A stretch of DNA of 64,000 nt, taken from the NCBI GenBank assembly GCA_964106645.2, contig OZ067040.1, one strand, 5' to 3'. Of the stretch, positions 1 to 13,355 are shown in pieces. Below the pieces are notes generated by a model. It had not been told where the DNA came from, did not search any database, and worked only from the letters and a program-made list of their open reading frames with translations. Made by a program: the position numbers and the translations under genes. Source of the DNA: Podarcis pityusensis. Taxonomy: Eukaryota. The first letter of the stretch is position 1. Each line of letters starts with the position of its first letter.

Positions 1-1301
1 TTCAAAGGAGCTGGGCTAGGAAATGCCTTTTATTTGGAGGGCACAGTTAAGTATTAGATAGATTATTACCTTTTTACAAGCTCAAAGGTAGCTTCAGATC
101 TTCTTATGTACGTAAAAATGTAAGGCTGTCATCACACAGTTCTGATTGGGGGATTTATAGTGCCACCTCACAATCCTGGGTTTGCATGAAGCAAGGATGG
201 CGTACGAGAGCAAAAGAGATCAAGGATGCAAGGCTTTGGATTTAAGTCTGCAAGCATCTTGGTTCAGACCTTCATCAAGGCTTGAATGTGTAATCCAGTT
301 GATGGCATGGTAGATGAAAACAGGAAATGCGAGAAATCAAATCAGCAAGATCAGATTTCCCTAAACTAGATCACTGTTTATAATAAATGAAAGTATGTGG
401 TTCATTTGTCTACTTATTTGAAACCGTTAACCGTTTTGCAAGGAGACAGATGCAGCCCGATAGGATGATTCCATATGGCAAGTGTGCAAAACATTGCAGA
501 AGATGGCCTTTGTTATGTTAGAAGGTCTCTTACGTCTGGGAATGATGTGTGAGCAGGTACCACCTGTCTCTTTGATTCCATCAGTTACATTACTCTTACA
601 TCTTATGCTTAAAAATCAAAGCTGAAATATGCACTGGAAAGATTGTGCAGTGCTTAGGGCCACTGTCATTCACGAGGATCACAAGACAGATTGTATTACA
701 AGAAGGTATGTGGGATTTGGGTGAAGACATACATATGCAGTAGAGACTTTTCAACTTTAGGGTATTTGAAGGTAACGAAAATAAAGTGCTCTTTAAATAT
801 TATAATACAGACATACATATTATATTTATATCATCAGTAATACTACAATGTCTTTTCAAATATAAATACTTGAGGCAATGTCTGGGAAGATGAGGGCTCC
901 ATATGACAAAGCCCTATAGCCTCCTAGCATGACAGTGGAAGGATACGCACACTGACAGAACAAGTTGTCTTGCCCTGGAATGAAAGCTGCACTATAAATA
1001 TAGTTCAGTTAACATAGGGTGTGCTTTTTACAAGCTAGTCTTTGGATAATATACCATACAGTGGGGCACTCAGGAAAGGCTTGGACAATTCCTACCATAT
1101 TTCATGTCATGTCCAAGTAAGTGCTTTCTTGTCTGGTATTTATTGCTAAAGTCTGTAATACATAAAATACGCTGACTTTACTGCCATGTTCCATACCACA
1201 TGAGTGCAAAAGTATTGCAGTGCCCTGTATCCCAGCCACTAACTCTACTCACCCTTTGAATTCATGCTTTCACATATTTAGCTTTCTCTACCTAGGCATC
1301 T

Positions 1302-1650
1302 GGGATGCGGGTGGCGCTGTGGTCTAAACTACAGAACCTAGGGCTTGCCAATCAGAAGGTCAGCAGTTTGAATCCCTGCGACGGGGTGAGCTCCTGTTAC
1401 TCAGTCCCAGCTCCTGCCAACCTAGCAGTTCGAAAGCACAAAGTGCAAGTAGATAAATAGGTACCGCTCCAGCGGGAAGGTAAACAGCGTTTCCGTGTGC
1501 TGCTCTGGTTTGACAGAAGCGGCTTAGGCATGCTGGCCACATGACCCGGAAGCTGTATGCCGGCTCCCTCGGCCAATAAAGCGAGATGAGCGCCCCAACC
1601 CCAGAGTGGGCCACGACTGGACCTAATGGTCAGAGGTCCCTTTACCTTTA
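1302..1650 (+). mobile_element. Sauria SINE, full length
   Basis: GGGATGCGGGTGGCGCTGTGG tRNA-like head and (ACCTTT)n tail. 15-bp TSD TACCTAGGCATCTGG at 1289-1303 and 1649-1663. Confidence 0.93.
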
Positions 1651-1659
1651 CCTAGGCAT

Positions 1660-1898
1660 CTGGAGTTCTATCTGACGAAGTTGTCCTGTTTGCACAAGGA
1701 CTTCCACTTCTGCAATGGAACTTTCTCCCTCTATGTATCCCCTATATCTGTTCCGGGGTTTCCCCAAACCCGACAGAGCAGATTTTTGGGGGGGAGAGGG
1801 ATCATGGGGTGCACAGAGGGAGGAGAGGGAGAGGACGTTCTGTTGCACAAGTGGAAGTCCCAGTCTGTGGGGGATGACTTCATTGGATACAATCCCTG
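1660..1898. repeat. Old quasi-palindromic interspersed repeat (MITE-like); related copies about 29715-29990, 45225-45410 and 49845-50075
   Basis: Inverted arms (GGACTTCCACTTCTGCAA / TTGCACAAGTGGAAGTCC) with a C-rich then G-rich interior. The same architecture recurs at the other loci. Confidence 0.55.
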
Positions 1899-3840
1899 CT
1901 CTTTTTTTCCACATCCCAAACCATCTCACTTCCTGCTCCAGATGCAATCCTCACAGGTGTCACTTACTACCACCACTTTCCAAAGATATACACAACTCTG
2001 CAAAATTAGCAAGTTACATTGCAGCAGATTTTAAGGGTGAAAAAACACCAGGATGGAAGGGGGGAGAGAGGGGTCATTCCATCCGGCAAGCTGGAATATT
2101 TGCACTGATGGAATGTTTGTCATAGCATGACATTGAATTCCGCCCACTGTGACTGGTAGGCCTTACTCCTAAGTAGTGTACTGCATCCAGGCAGAGCTAC
2201 TTTAATGAGGGGATGAGAAGGCACAGAACAGTGGTTTCACAGCTACATCAAAAGCCCTGTTGGTTTACACCAGCCAGGGAAGAGGGTGAGGACAGATTCC
2301 ACCCCTTTTTTCGCCAAGAAATGAGAGGAGCTTTGGTGCCTATATTGATTTAGATCCTAAGACAGGTTAACTCAGAGAAGTTCCCTATTCCTTGTAGGTG
2401 GTGTAAAGGAGTTGTTGTTTCTCTCCTTCTGCTGCACCCTCTCTTCTGTCTATCAAATCTTAACCACAATATTGTGTGCAAACCTACCAGCCTTTAGTAC
2501 AAACTGAGTTGTATCCCAACACTTTCAACCCTGAATGTTTTGCCTGTTCAACTCATGGTCGTTTCCCCCTATTTAATGCATCTTTCTCTGGCTTCCATTT
2601 TTAGGACAGTCCACAATACTGTTCTACTGTGAAGTTGTTTACACTATCTCCAGCAAAGCACCCCACAAGTCTTTGGCCCCCACAGGTCCAAATTTGCTGG
2701 TACCCCAGCTTCAGACACCCCATTTGGGGGCTTTCTGCTGGCTACCTAAGTTACTAAGTTATTAAGATAGTGAACAAATACATTTGTCTTTTAAATTGTG
2801 TTGTCCTTTGTTTTTATTGGTTTTTTTTTCCCTTCTTTCTTTTTACAGACCCCTATGGGGTCTTTATGAACGCAAAGCCACTTTATAAAAACGTTAATAA
2901 AATTAATATAAATATATACATTTATTAAAAACAAGTGAATTTTCGAGAAATGGCTACTGCTGAGGAATCAAAACAATAGACCCAGGTTATTCTTGATTCT
3001 TAGTTTCTTCAAAGGAGGAATGAATAGAAAATGACGTCCTATAGTTATGTCTTCATTGGAGAAAAAAGCCTTGTCACTTGAGCCATATCTTATCCCCTGG
3101 CAACAGCAAGTAGCCAATCATATTTGGAAGAGAAGGGTTGTGTCACCTTTTTGTATAGAATTACAAATAGGAAGTTCCTGGAACTACCTTCCCTCCTTAT
3201 CATGCCCTTGTGTGTATCAGTTAATTGGAGATATTCTGCTATTCTAGCCAGCAGCTCATTATTTCTGGCAATTAGTTACAACACCTGGTAAAAACATGAA
3301 GGGGGGGGGAATGTATTTCTCTCATAAAATGCCTTTTTGCATAGGATAGCTAAACTTGGCAAGCAGGCTGACGGTGGGTTAGAGCCACTCAGTTTTTTTC
3401 AATGCAAGACCGGAAAGCATATTTAAAAACATATACAGGTATGGAAGCCACTAGGAGTTGCTACAATGCAGGAAGGAAGGGGATATACATGAAAATCTAT
3501 GGTTGTGTCCCTGCATACATACTAATAGATAAAAGACATAGTGCAGGGTACTTGATGTCTGAAAGCACCCACATCAAGTATTTCTACTTTCTATTGTGAA
3601 TATATGAATATAATGCTCAGATATTTTATTAGTCCTTGTTGAGAGAAATTACTAGTTCCTATTTGACTATAAAATTAAACTTTATTTAAAACAGTGGCTG
3701 CTTCCTAAAACTGAGCCCCTCTGTGATGCCAGATATACCTAATTGTTTAAGATAATGCATATCAAGGGTTGTGCCATTTGTTAATGTATTTCTGGAAGGT
3801 TAAACTGCTTTTGGTTGCACCAAAATATTAATGTTGATTT

Positions 3841-3843
<3 letters not shown>

Positions 3844-3875
<32 letters not shown>
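3844..3875. repeat. (AC)n microsatellite
   Basis: Direct observation. Confidence 0.95.
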
Positions 3876-3877
<2 letters not shown>

Positions 3878-4949
3878 TAGTACATATGTTGTTCCCTGCA
3901 ATTGTTTCCTCAGTTCCCTTCTGCTTTCATGCCTTGCTTCCCTCCTCCTCTTTTACTGTGCTTTCTTCCTGAGAGTCACACGGGCAATTTCATCCAACCG
4001 GGGATTATATAATGAATGAAGGAATTCCTCTACCTAAGACCGTTGTCCTATTTTGCCTAATGACAGGGTTGCCCTTGGGGTGAGCATTTACGATTATAGA
4101 TGTTACAAATGCTCTGTAAAGGCCTCTTAAAATGGTACTCCACATAGTTGGAATCCCATATGGTGGTATCTGAATGGTTTGCCATTTGTAGAATCTCCAC
4201 CTTGCTGCCAGACTATTCTAAAGCAATTAGAATAAACACCATATGATATATTCAATTGCGATGCCAGGCCCAACATCATCACAGAGGAAGACTCCTCAGA
4301 CTGAATTACTTTCATTTGTCTTTACTTCTGTTAATACATAGATAATTTATACACATGTCCAGAAAAAATATATATATTCATACTTCAGCACCATGAAACA
4401 TAACAAAACAACAAGTTTTCTCCGCTCAATTTTAAAATACATTCATTTCTCATACATGAAGAAATGCTGAATCCTGTTCCTCTTCTTTGAATTACAGATG
4501 AGTAATCACCATAGCGACCTCAAAATGTCAGTAGAGAGCCAGGCACTCAGCCTTCACATTTCTTACATCTAATTGGCATAGCATTTGTTTCCACTTGAAA
4601 GGGCCCAGAATGGACTTGTTTAGCATGACAAAATATGGTGTGTCTGATGGGGTTTGCAAGAGTAGGATACCTCTTGTATTACTTTGGACAAGATCACCAG
4701 AATAAGGGAGAAAGAAATGCTGGGAGCATTAGAAGCCAGGGACAAGAGGGATAGATTTCCCATGATGCAACGAGGAAAGCTTTCTCTGTAGCACTACAGT
4801 ATACAGACATATCTGTTCTATGAGTATCTTCACGGAATCAGTGGAACTGTAGTTTAGTGAGGTGTTGGATATTTTTAAGTTAATCACCTGCACATTTCTA
4901 TATTTATGGATCACATTGGAGTCACATTGTTATGATTCACTTCACTCCG

Positions 4950-5160
4950 TCTTCATGGTTGCATTGGGACCAAAAACTGCCTTGGCTGCCTGTGTAGATG
5001 AACTGTGCCAAAAGAAAGGCAGCGGGGATTGGACCCTGTTCCTTCTCTTTGACTTTTCAGAGCCTTTCCACTCCAACAGTCAATGACATTCTTCTGGGTC
5101 GTCTTGCTGAGACAGGAATTGGAAGTGGTTCTATTCCTACCTGCCAGATCAGTTATAGAA
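4950..5160 (+). mobile_element. Decayed L2 LINE RT fragment; probably continues at about 5560-5712
   Basis: Decayed 'TETAL..VD.L...LLLD.S.AF' motif, then 'VPQGSIL..LF.IY.K.L' at about 5565, ending in (TAAA)n at 5680-5712. Confidence 0.6.
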
Positions 5161-5679
5161 GGGAGTGTGGACTGACTTCTGTTTAGTCTGATGATGTAAG
5201 AAAAACGCTGGGGCCTAATTGGATGAATAGTATGTCTGGCATCTGGTGGGTGGCTCTTTTGAGTTGTGCTCTGGAATCGGCCCCTCCCTTCGGGTGTTCA
5301 ATTGGAGAGGCTGACTGTCATTCTTGCCTCTTGAGGTTGTTTTAGTTTCTCTCAGACAGTATGTTATTGTGTTACATATTTTTTTATTACTAAAGCTTTG
5401 TTTGACATATATGTGAGCCGCTTACTTTGCTGAAAGAAACGAAACTCTGCTGAAGAATGGTGGAATATCCTAAACTGGGTGAGTGAGGGGATATTCCCAG
5501 TCTGACTGGAGGGTTGATTTTTTTAAGCAACACCACCCTCCACAACAATGACAACTTGTGCAATGGTTCCCGCAAGGCTCCATCTTGTTCCTATTCTGTT
5601 GACCATTTATGTGAAATCACTAGAAGAGATATTCTGGAGATCAATATTGTGGTGATATGAAATTTCTCCTTTTCTTCAC

Positions 5680-5710
<31 letters not shown>

Positions 5711-6879
5711 ATAGAGTAATCCAGAACAGTGCCAGTATATTTTGGTTAATCCAAATATAAAACTGACCGTCAGATTGATTTGAGTTGTTCAGTCATGAAT
5801 TAGACTGTCAGAGTATGTTTATCCACAACCACCCTGGTTAAATGCCAAGACCCCAGGAATCTGGTGCAACCCATGACAGAGATTGAGGTGACCTGTAATT
5901 GTGGGTGTGTGGGTGTGGTGTGGGTGTGTGTATTCAGTGTATATGTATATATACGGTACAGGAAGCCTGGACTGTGAGGGAGGAAGCTTCTTCTTCAATC
6001 AGTAATTCTGATGGGTTCTTTCTGCTGTAAAAAGTTGTAAATTTTTTACAAGCTTATACTGTAATTACTAGGCATTAAAAGAACGGAATGAGCTAAAGGT
6101 TGTGTGGAAGGCAATGTGCTTTATTTTCCAATAGCATTTCAGAAGAAACAGGCTCTGGATAGAGCTCAAATCAGCCAGTGGGTGATGAAGAGAGAAGCAA
6201 TAGGCCTAATCCCCACTAAAGTTAAGCTGTCAAAGATTGATAGTTAGGCACATACTGAATTTCCCCAAAGGGATGCCAACATGATTTCCCCGGGCTTGTT
6301 GTACTGTATGCGGATTGGGGACCCTACATACCTCGCAGCCCTCCACACTCTGTTGACAGGAAGTGTTGCTTATGTACATACGCTATTTTACCCTCACCTA
6401 AGTCACATGGATACCTCACTCACATGCTGCCATGGGCAAAAGCTAACCACATATCTATCTTTTGTAGCTCTCCTCTGAGCTGAGCTCACAAACTGATACC
6501 TCTCACTGGGCAGAGGGAAGTGGTGGAAAACAGATGTATCCCAAGCCACGCCTACCAACCTCATCTCCTCCACACGGAAAATGGGATACTCTTTCTCGAC
6601 TGACTGTAGTTTGCTGTATTTCCTGTCATCAAATAATTCATTACTAGTTGTCATTACTGCTTAGCTACTGTCTCAATGGGTTTTACTTTACAGCCTATCT
6701 ATTCTTTTCTGTTCTTTAGCAATCTCTCATTCTGCTGACAAAATGAATCTGTCTCTCCTCCAATAGATAAAGTCCACTAAGTGCCCCTTGATTTAAAAGT
6801 GCTTTGTATTTTTTCATGTATATATATTATTTGACTATAATCACTTTTTATTCCTGTATGTACCAAATGCATGTACCAG

Positions 6880-7295
6880 CACAAAATGGATATTGTAGAG
6901 CTGGAAAAGATTCAGAAAACGGCCACTAAAATGATCAAGGGGATGATACCACCCTATGAAGGAGGGTTATGGCATTTGGGACTGTCACTTTAGAGAAAAG
7001 CAGTGAGAAGGGACATGATAAAGGTGTATAAAATTATGTATACACTGTGGAGAAAGTGGGTAGAATAACAAAAATCTAGAACTCAAGGTCAACCAATGAA
7101 GCTGAATGTTGAAAGATTTTAGACAGACAGTACATAGTTAAGCTATGGCATTCTCTCCCACAGCAGGTAATTATAGCCATTAAATCTGATGGCTTTAAAA
7201 GATGATTAGACAAATTATTGGAGGGGGATAATGGCTACTAGCCACAGTGGCTGTGTTCTACCTCCACAGTTAAGTTGCAATAAGCCTCTGAGTAC
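6880..7295 (+). mobile_element. CR1 LINE 3' fragment
   Basis: Decayed 'LEKIQKTATKMIKG...PYEGGL...GDMIKVYKIM' motif typical of the CR1 ORF2 C-terminus; runs into the gap. Confidence 0.8.
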
Positions 7296-7429
7296 NNNNN
7301 NNNNNNNNNNNNNNNNNNNNNNNNNNNNNNNNNNNNNNNNNNNNNNNNNNNNNNNNNNNNNNNNNNNNNNNNNNNNNNNNNNNNNNNNNNNNNNNNNNNN
7401 NNNNNNNNNNNNNNNNNNNNNNNNNNNNN
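7296..7429. other. Assembly gap (134 N)
   Basis: Run of N. Confidence 1.
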
Positions 7430-8424
7430 TAGGCTTTTCTACAGGGCGTTTCTGCATATTCCTATTATACCATTATTTTTATGCTAACATTTACTTCTGG
7501 TAGAACACAAACCAGGTTGATAGCACAGAATCTGAATTTTTCACATCAAATTTCATGCACTGCACTTTATGAGCCTTTTCAAACATATACTTTGTCTGAA
7601 GTCAGCTTTATAAAAAAGAGATTAGTTCCATCAGAACAGTTCATTTTATTGATGAAATTGCACCTTTATATTGTCCCTTGATCTAATGTGGTGGATCCCA
7701 GAAAGATAAGAACAACACCGAAGGGAAATCTACATGTCAAAAAAGCATTGCAAGCCAAGATCATTTATTAAGCCAAACTGTGTTGTTTATGTGCTGTTGA
7801 AACAATCGTTTAATGAGCTCATTTCTAAGCTTCAAGTTATGTACCTCAGATCTACAAATCAAGTGGCAAATAACCTACATTGCTTTAATAACTCAGCACT
7901 TTTTTGAGTTTCCTAATGCAAATGTCCCTGATATCAGATACAAAAAGAGTCTTTTGAGAGCATGTATGTATGAGCAAAATTTGGCTCTGAAAATACCTTA
8001 TTACTTTGATGGATCAACACACACAGATTGTGTTACTCACATGAGAGACATCAAATGTGACAGAATGTATATGGGAGAACTTCACAGGCAAATAGACTTT
8101 CTCAGATTCCACATCTGAGACCTTATTATAGGCAGCAAGGAAATAACGAGAAAAATAGTACCCCTTCAAGACATGTCTGAAGAAAAAATATTTCCCTCGC
8201 ATGAGTGTTTGTCCAAATGGTTCTTCTTACTCATTGGTAATTTCCATCACAGTGCTACACTGGGAGGAAATCTTTAAACTACTTCTGCCCACTGCAACAC
8301 GGTTGTCTACTTGAATTCCCCCCCCCCCTTTTAATCTGCAATCACTGCCAACCTTGACTGGGTCTTGAAGAAGAAGAAACATTTGCTGGAGGGTGGGGTG
8401 GATTACGATCCAGAGTCTGGGATT

Positions 8425-8583
8425 AGCTTGGAGAGCTCAGTCAGTAGAGCATGATACTCATAATCTCAGGGTTGTGGGTTTGAGCCCCACACTGAGCGAA
8501 AGATTCCTGCACATTGCAGGAGGTGGGACTAGATGACATTTGTGGTACCTTCCAACTCTACTGTTTTATAATTCTGTGATTCT
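8425..8583 (+). mobile_element. tRNA-Lys-derived SINE with CR1-derived 3' tail
   Basis: Head AGCTCAGTCAGTAGAGCATGATACTCATAATCTCAGGGTTGTGGGTTTGAGCCCCAC resembles tRNA-Lys(CTT). Tail GGACTAGATGAC...TTCCAACTCT...ATTCTGTGATTCT matches the CR1 3' end. Confidence 0.88.
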
Positions 8584-8642
8584 CTGCTGTAGAGTGCTTT
8601 TTGGGAATGGGAAATAGGAACCAGCATCAGCTCTTGCTCTGT

Positions 8643-9022
8643 AAGAGGAGTAGGTGGTGCTGTGGTCTAAACCACTGACCCTCTTGTGCTTGCCAATTGC
8701 AAGATCAGCAGTTTGAGTCTGCACGACGAGGTGTCGTCCCACTGCTCTGTCCCACCTCCTGCCAACCTAGCAGTTTGAAAGCATACCAGCGCAAGTAGAT
8801 AAATAGGTACCTCTGCGGCAGGAAGGTAAATGGCATTTCCGTGCACTCTGGCATTCGTCACGGTGTCCCATTGCACCAGAAGTGGTTTAGTTATGTTGGC
8901 CACATGACCCACAAAGCTGCCTGTGGTCAAACGCCGGCTTCCTCGGCCTGAAAGCGAGATGAGTGCCACATCCCATAGTCAAGTTTGACTGGACTTAACC
9001 ATCCGGGATCCTTTTCCTTTAC
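8643..9022 (+). mobile_element. Sauria SINE, full length (longer subfamily)
   Basis: Homologous to 1302-1650 with an extra internal segment. TSD CTTGCTCTGT at 8633-8642 and 9023-9032. Confidence 0.9.
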
Positions 9023-10547
9023 CTTGCTCTGTCTTTCTGGCCATTAGTTAAGTTATATCACTCTCTACAGTCACAGACAAGGAAGGACTGTCACAATTTT
9101 CATAAAGCAAACAGTCAATTTTTTCTCCCCCAAAGCATTCAGCATACCCCACTCCAAAATTAAACACACACCCTGCTTCATGGGGGGTCTGAATGCTACC
9201 CCCTACCCAAATAGTCAAAACAAAACATTTGAGTGAAATAATATATTTGAGTGAACCAGACAACAGCCCCATCTCAATAAACTAGCTTCATTAGCCTAGC
9301 AGTATAAAACTATGCCTATACGGGGTTTTAATATACCACTCTTCTTCAACTTCAGCCTGATAACAATTTCTCGATAACACATTTTGATCTGTACAGTCTA
9401 TGTTTAAATATGATAACTGCTAGCTTGTCAGCCCATTCAGTGAAATGTATTATGGCTGGTCCACATTTAGAGGCAGTGTGTTATTGCTACAGATGCTCTT
9501 GATTGATTGCATATTTCCCCCAGAATTTCTTGAAGAATATGAATAGTCCTACATTTGCATCTCATACAACATTTTGTACTCAAGGACACATGCCTAAGAA
9601 AGAAAGAAAATAAGCACACGCCACACCATTTTTTCCCACTGCTTATTCTTATTTATGTGTATGTTAAAAAGACAAGCAGTGAATAATGCATTTGATTTAC
9701 CCTGTTGGAGAAGTCAGGGGGCACTTAATTGTTATTTATATTTTATTAAGGACTTTAACAGATGTTCAGCAGATGGTTGGCATGAACTACAGAAATGAAG
9801 AACATTTGCATCAAGTTCTCTGTACCCCTCCCAGCCCCTTCATTCTCCCCACCATTCTACTACATTCCATTTCCTCTCCATATAATATTTTTCAGGCTTC
9901 GCAGAGTTCTCTTTGTGCCTGCTTGCTAAATGTGATTAAGGAGCGAAGTCTGCAGATTCAGTAGCGTTTTCTTTGAGATGAATTCTAGAACTTTGTCAGA
10001 GTAAATTAGCCACCTAACTCAAAAAAGTCTATATATTTCATTTAAAGTATTTATTTGGCAGACAAATTAGACATTTCTGCCAGTAAAGTAGCATGTGTGT
10101 TGGTTTATCTAGTTTCACATGAATGCTTGATAGGAGCCTCTGTTGCACTACTATTCACAACTCACACAAAGAAAACATGGAAAATCCTTCATTTCTCCTG
10201 CTTGTACTCATCAAAAAAAGAAAAGAAAACAAACATTGAACAATTGTTACATTTTTAAAAATACAATTTAAATTGAGCCAACAAAGAATCAGGACTCATT
10301 ACTATTCAGTGCTGTCCTTTTTGGAATGCAAACAAAGCATATAGAAAATATTTTGACTGATGAAAATCTAAAGAGATGGAGTCAAGTTAACTGAAGCTCA
10401 AATAGCTTTTGTTAATATTTGTTCTCCTGCTTTCTGAGGTGTTACCAAACCATTCCAATCTTGTGTCATGTGCATATTTGTTAAGTATTCTCTCCTCTCC
10501 TTCATCTAAATCATTGATAAAGGTGATGAATTGTATCGGACCCCAGG

Positions 10548-10683
10548 CAGGGCTTTTTCCGAGCTGGAACTCACAGGAACTCAATTCCGGCACCTCTCAG
10601 GTGGGTGCCATTGCCATTATAAGAGGAAAGGGGAGGTGTTTATGGTGAGTTCTGACACCTCTTTTTCTAGAAAAATAGTCCTG
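10548..10683 (+). mobile_element. hAT-type MITE (family A)
   Basis: TIR CAGGGCTTTTT / AAAAATAGTCCTG with degenerate 8-bp TSD accccagg / gccccaga. Same family as 32663 and 59341. Confidence 0.8.
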
Positions 10684-10822
10684 GCCCCAGAATACAACCC
10701 TTGTGGACCCACTTTGACGAGAAGACATTGCTGAGCACGCTTTGAGTACAGTTTTGAAGCCAACAGTGAATCCATCTGTACCATTATGTAGCCCATATTT
10801 AACCTGTTTGCCAACCACAATA

Positions 10823-11074
10823 CAGTGGTGCCTCGCAAGACGAAATTAATTCGTTCTGCGAGTTTTTTTGTCTTGCAAATTTTTCGTCTTGCGAAGCAAT
10901 GCACCCTGGGTATTAACGGTTTTAAGAAAAAGGAAACAAACTTGCAAGACATTTTCGTCTTGCGAAGCAAGCCCATTGGGAAATTCGTCTTGCGAAGCAA
11001 CTCAAAAAACCAAAAACTCTTTCGTCTTGCGAGTTTTTCGTCTTGCGAGGCATTCGTCTTGCGAGGTACCACTG
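10823..11074. mobile_element. Tc1/mariner (pogo/Tigger-like) MITE
   Basis: TIR CAGTGGTGCCTCGCAAGACGAA / TTCGTCTTGCGAGGTACCACTG with TA TSD. Interior carries repeated TTCGTCTTGCGA subterminal motifs. Confidence 0.92.
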
Positions 11075-11084
11075 TATCATGGGT

Positions 11085-11617
11085 TGTTGCTGTTGCTGTT
11101 GTTTAGTCGTTTAGTTGTGTCTGACTCTTCGTGACCCCATGGACCAGAGCACGCCAGGCATTCCTGTCTTCCACTGCCTCCCGCAGTTTGGTCAAACTCA
11201 GGCTGGTAGCTTCGAGAACACTGTCCAACCATCTCAACCTCTGTCGTCCCCTTCTCCTTGTGCCCTCCATCTTTCCCAACATCAGGGTCTTTTCCAGGGA
11301 GTCTTCTATTCTCATGAGGTGGCCAAAGTATTGGAGCCTCAGCTTCAGGATCTGTCCTTCCAGTGAGCACTCAGGGCTGATTTCCTTAAGAATGGAGAGG
11401 TTTGATCTTCTTGCAGTCCATGGGACTCTCAAGAGTCTCTTCCAGCACCATAATTCAAAAGCATCAATTCTTTGGCGATCAGCCTTCTTTATGGTCCAGC
11501 TCTCACTTCCATACATCACTACTGGGAAAACCATAGCTTTAACTATACGGATCTTTGTTGGCAAGGTGATGTCTCTGCTTTTTAAGATGCTGGCAAGGTG
11601 ATGTCTCTGCTTTTAAG
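11085..11617 (-). mobile_element. BovB (RTE) LINE, 5'-truncated 3' end
   Basis: ORF 11103-11564 'TKIRIVKAMVFPVVMYGSESWTIKKADRQRIDAFELWCWKRLLRVPWTARRSN' is the BovB C-terminus. (CAA/CAG)n tail; TSD ATGGGT at 11079-11084 and 11618-11623. Confidence 0.95.
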
Positions 11618-12639
11618 ATGGGTAGTTATGTCAAAAGTCTGGGTTGTGAGAAGCCGCCAGAATTATTTCTGCTGATTTTTTCTGTCCTGCCAAAAGTGGT
11701 ATTGCATACTTTCAGAAGAACAATATTTTCCAAATGGTTGGTTTCAAGTTAGTTCATTAATCAACATTAGCATGAATAACTTACTATTCAGAGTTCTAAC
11801 TGCTGATCTGTTGCTTAACTTTATTCCCTTTAGTGTTCAGAGCTTGCTATCACTTATAACTGTTCCTTCCCAAAGCTTACTGTTGTGTCTAGATGGATAT
11901 CCCACACTGGTTCAATGCTGTGCATTTGACTTATCTTTTGGGGGGAGGGTCATTCTTTAAAAATCTGTAGCTTAATCTAGGACAATGAACCCAAAGCTGT
12001 GAATAAGGAGTTTTAAAACTGAAAATGCACACACATATTCTTTGCATCCCAAATTTTACAGTAACGGGCCACTTGTTTCCCCCTTTATTCCTATTTGGGT
12101 GGTCTTCCATAAGTTGTTTATTCTTGTATATAATTTTCCTTGTATAACTTACTTTTATTATAGGCAACAAAAATTATATATTTTTCTCTTCCTACAACAT
12201 CAGTATTTCTCTTCTTACAATGAGATTTTGGTGTACCATTAGTTTGTGAATCACATTACTGATGCTTCTTCTTTCAAAGAAACCTGTTTGATGAGAAATG
12301 ACAAATAGCCTCATGAAATTATGCATAGAAACCTAATATTACATTAGCTTGGGAGATGACATCCTTTCCATAGATTTTTCTAGCTATGTCTTACAGGATT
12401 AATTAACCAAGAAGTGATTTCCTCCTGTGTTTATAAAGTGATATTTCAGTTTGGTTTCAGGTGGGAAGGCATAATTGATAAAAGAACTGTCACATCAGCA
12501 GCAATAGCAGTGCTAACAAAATAATATTCTGTTGGCATTATGCAATTGAGGTTACATTTACTCAGGAAATGTACAGGTATATTTTGTTCTGACAATAATT
12601 CAATTCCCTGCTCTGCTATGAAGCTCACTGATCTTAGAC

Positions 12640-12735
12640 CAGTCAATATCCTCCAACCTAACCTACCTCAAAGGGTTGTTGTGAGGATAAACTAGGGGAG
12701 GGGGGAATATTTGGAAGAAAGGCAATAAATAAATA
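12640..12735 (+). mobile_element. Old CORE-SINE (Squam3-like) 3' fragment
   Basis: CCTAACCTACCTCAAAGGGTTGTTGTGAGGATAA CORE motif and TAAA tail. Confidence 0.6.
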
Positions 12736-12810
12736 CCACTTTTCAGACCGTCTTTAGTGCATAGACCAAATGTGCAGATGTGGGAAGAATGAGACTTTGC
12801 CTGACAAACC

Positions 12811-13355
12811 TTCTTTCTTTCTTTTTTAATAACATTTATTCAAAAGTTACAATGCAGCTTTGTCTACTGACATAATATCACAGAATGATCACTCCAGTCC
12901 TCAATCCCACATCACTGTCATGTTGGCTCACCAGATATCCTCAGTAGGAACCCAACTACCAATCTGGTGGGCTAGAGCTTTTCAATCAATATATCCCCTC
13001 CACAGACACCTCTGTGATGATGATGGCATTAAAATATCCCATTCTTCTTCAATAAAAGAGAAAAAGGGAGACCAGATTGTATTAAAGGTATCTTTTTTGG
13101 AGATGTTCTTGATTAGTCACCGATGGTATGTTAGGCGTTCTGATAGAGCAATGCTCCAGATGTTATTAACCCAAGTCTCTATTGGTATATTAGATATTTC
13201 CTTCCATCGTTGGGCAATAACTAGTCTAGCTGCCGTGAACAGGAAGGAAATTAATTCATTAGATTTAAGGGTAGAATTTGGGGTAAAATCTAGTGATAAT
13301 AAGGCAAGTGCCAAATAAGGAGGAATAGATTGTTTAGTGATTTTGGAGGTCATTT
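12811..13355 (-). mobile_element. L1-clade LINE 3' fragment
   Basis: ORF 13117-13353 'LFTAARLVIAQRWK...IETW' matches the L1 ORF2 C-terminus. The minus strand ends in AATAAA and an A-rich tail. Confidence 0.8.

Larger units (their letters stand above)
10420..11640 (-). mobile_element. Old CR1 RT fragment interrupted by three younger insertions
   Basis: Minus strand reads 'FDITTHDIVVGKQVKYGL' once the inserts are removed, and 'FITFINDLDEGEERILNKYAHDTRL' (CR1 FADDTKL motif). Confidence 0.8.

Noticed and set aside
7215-7503. ORFs spanning the X run
   Set aside because: Artefact of the assembly gap.
8425-8500. tRNA-Lys gene (also 43820-43884)
   Set aside because: The acceptor stem and anticodon arm are degenerate and fused to a CR1 tail, so these are SINE heads.
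10617-11134. 151-aa repetitive ORF and apparent repeat array (TTCGTCTTGCGA)
   Set aside because: Subterminal repeats of a TA-flanked MITE with irregular spacing; not CRISPR and not coding.
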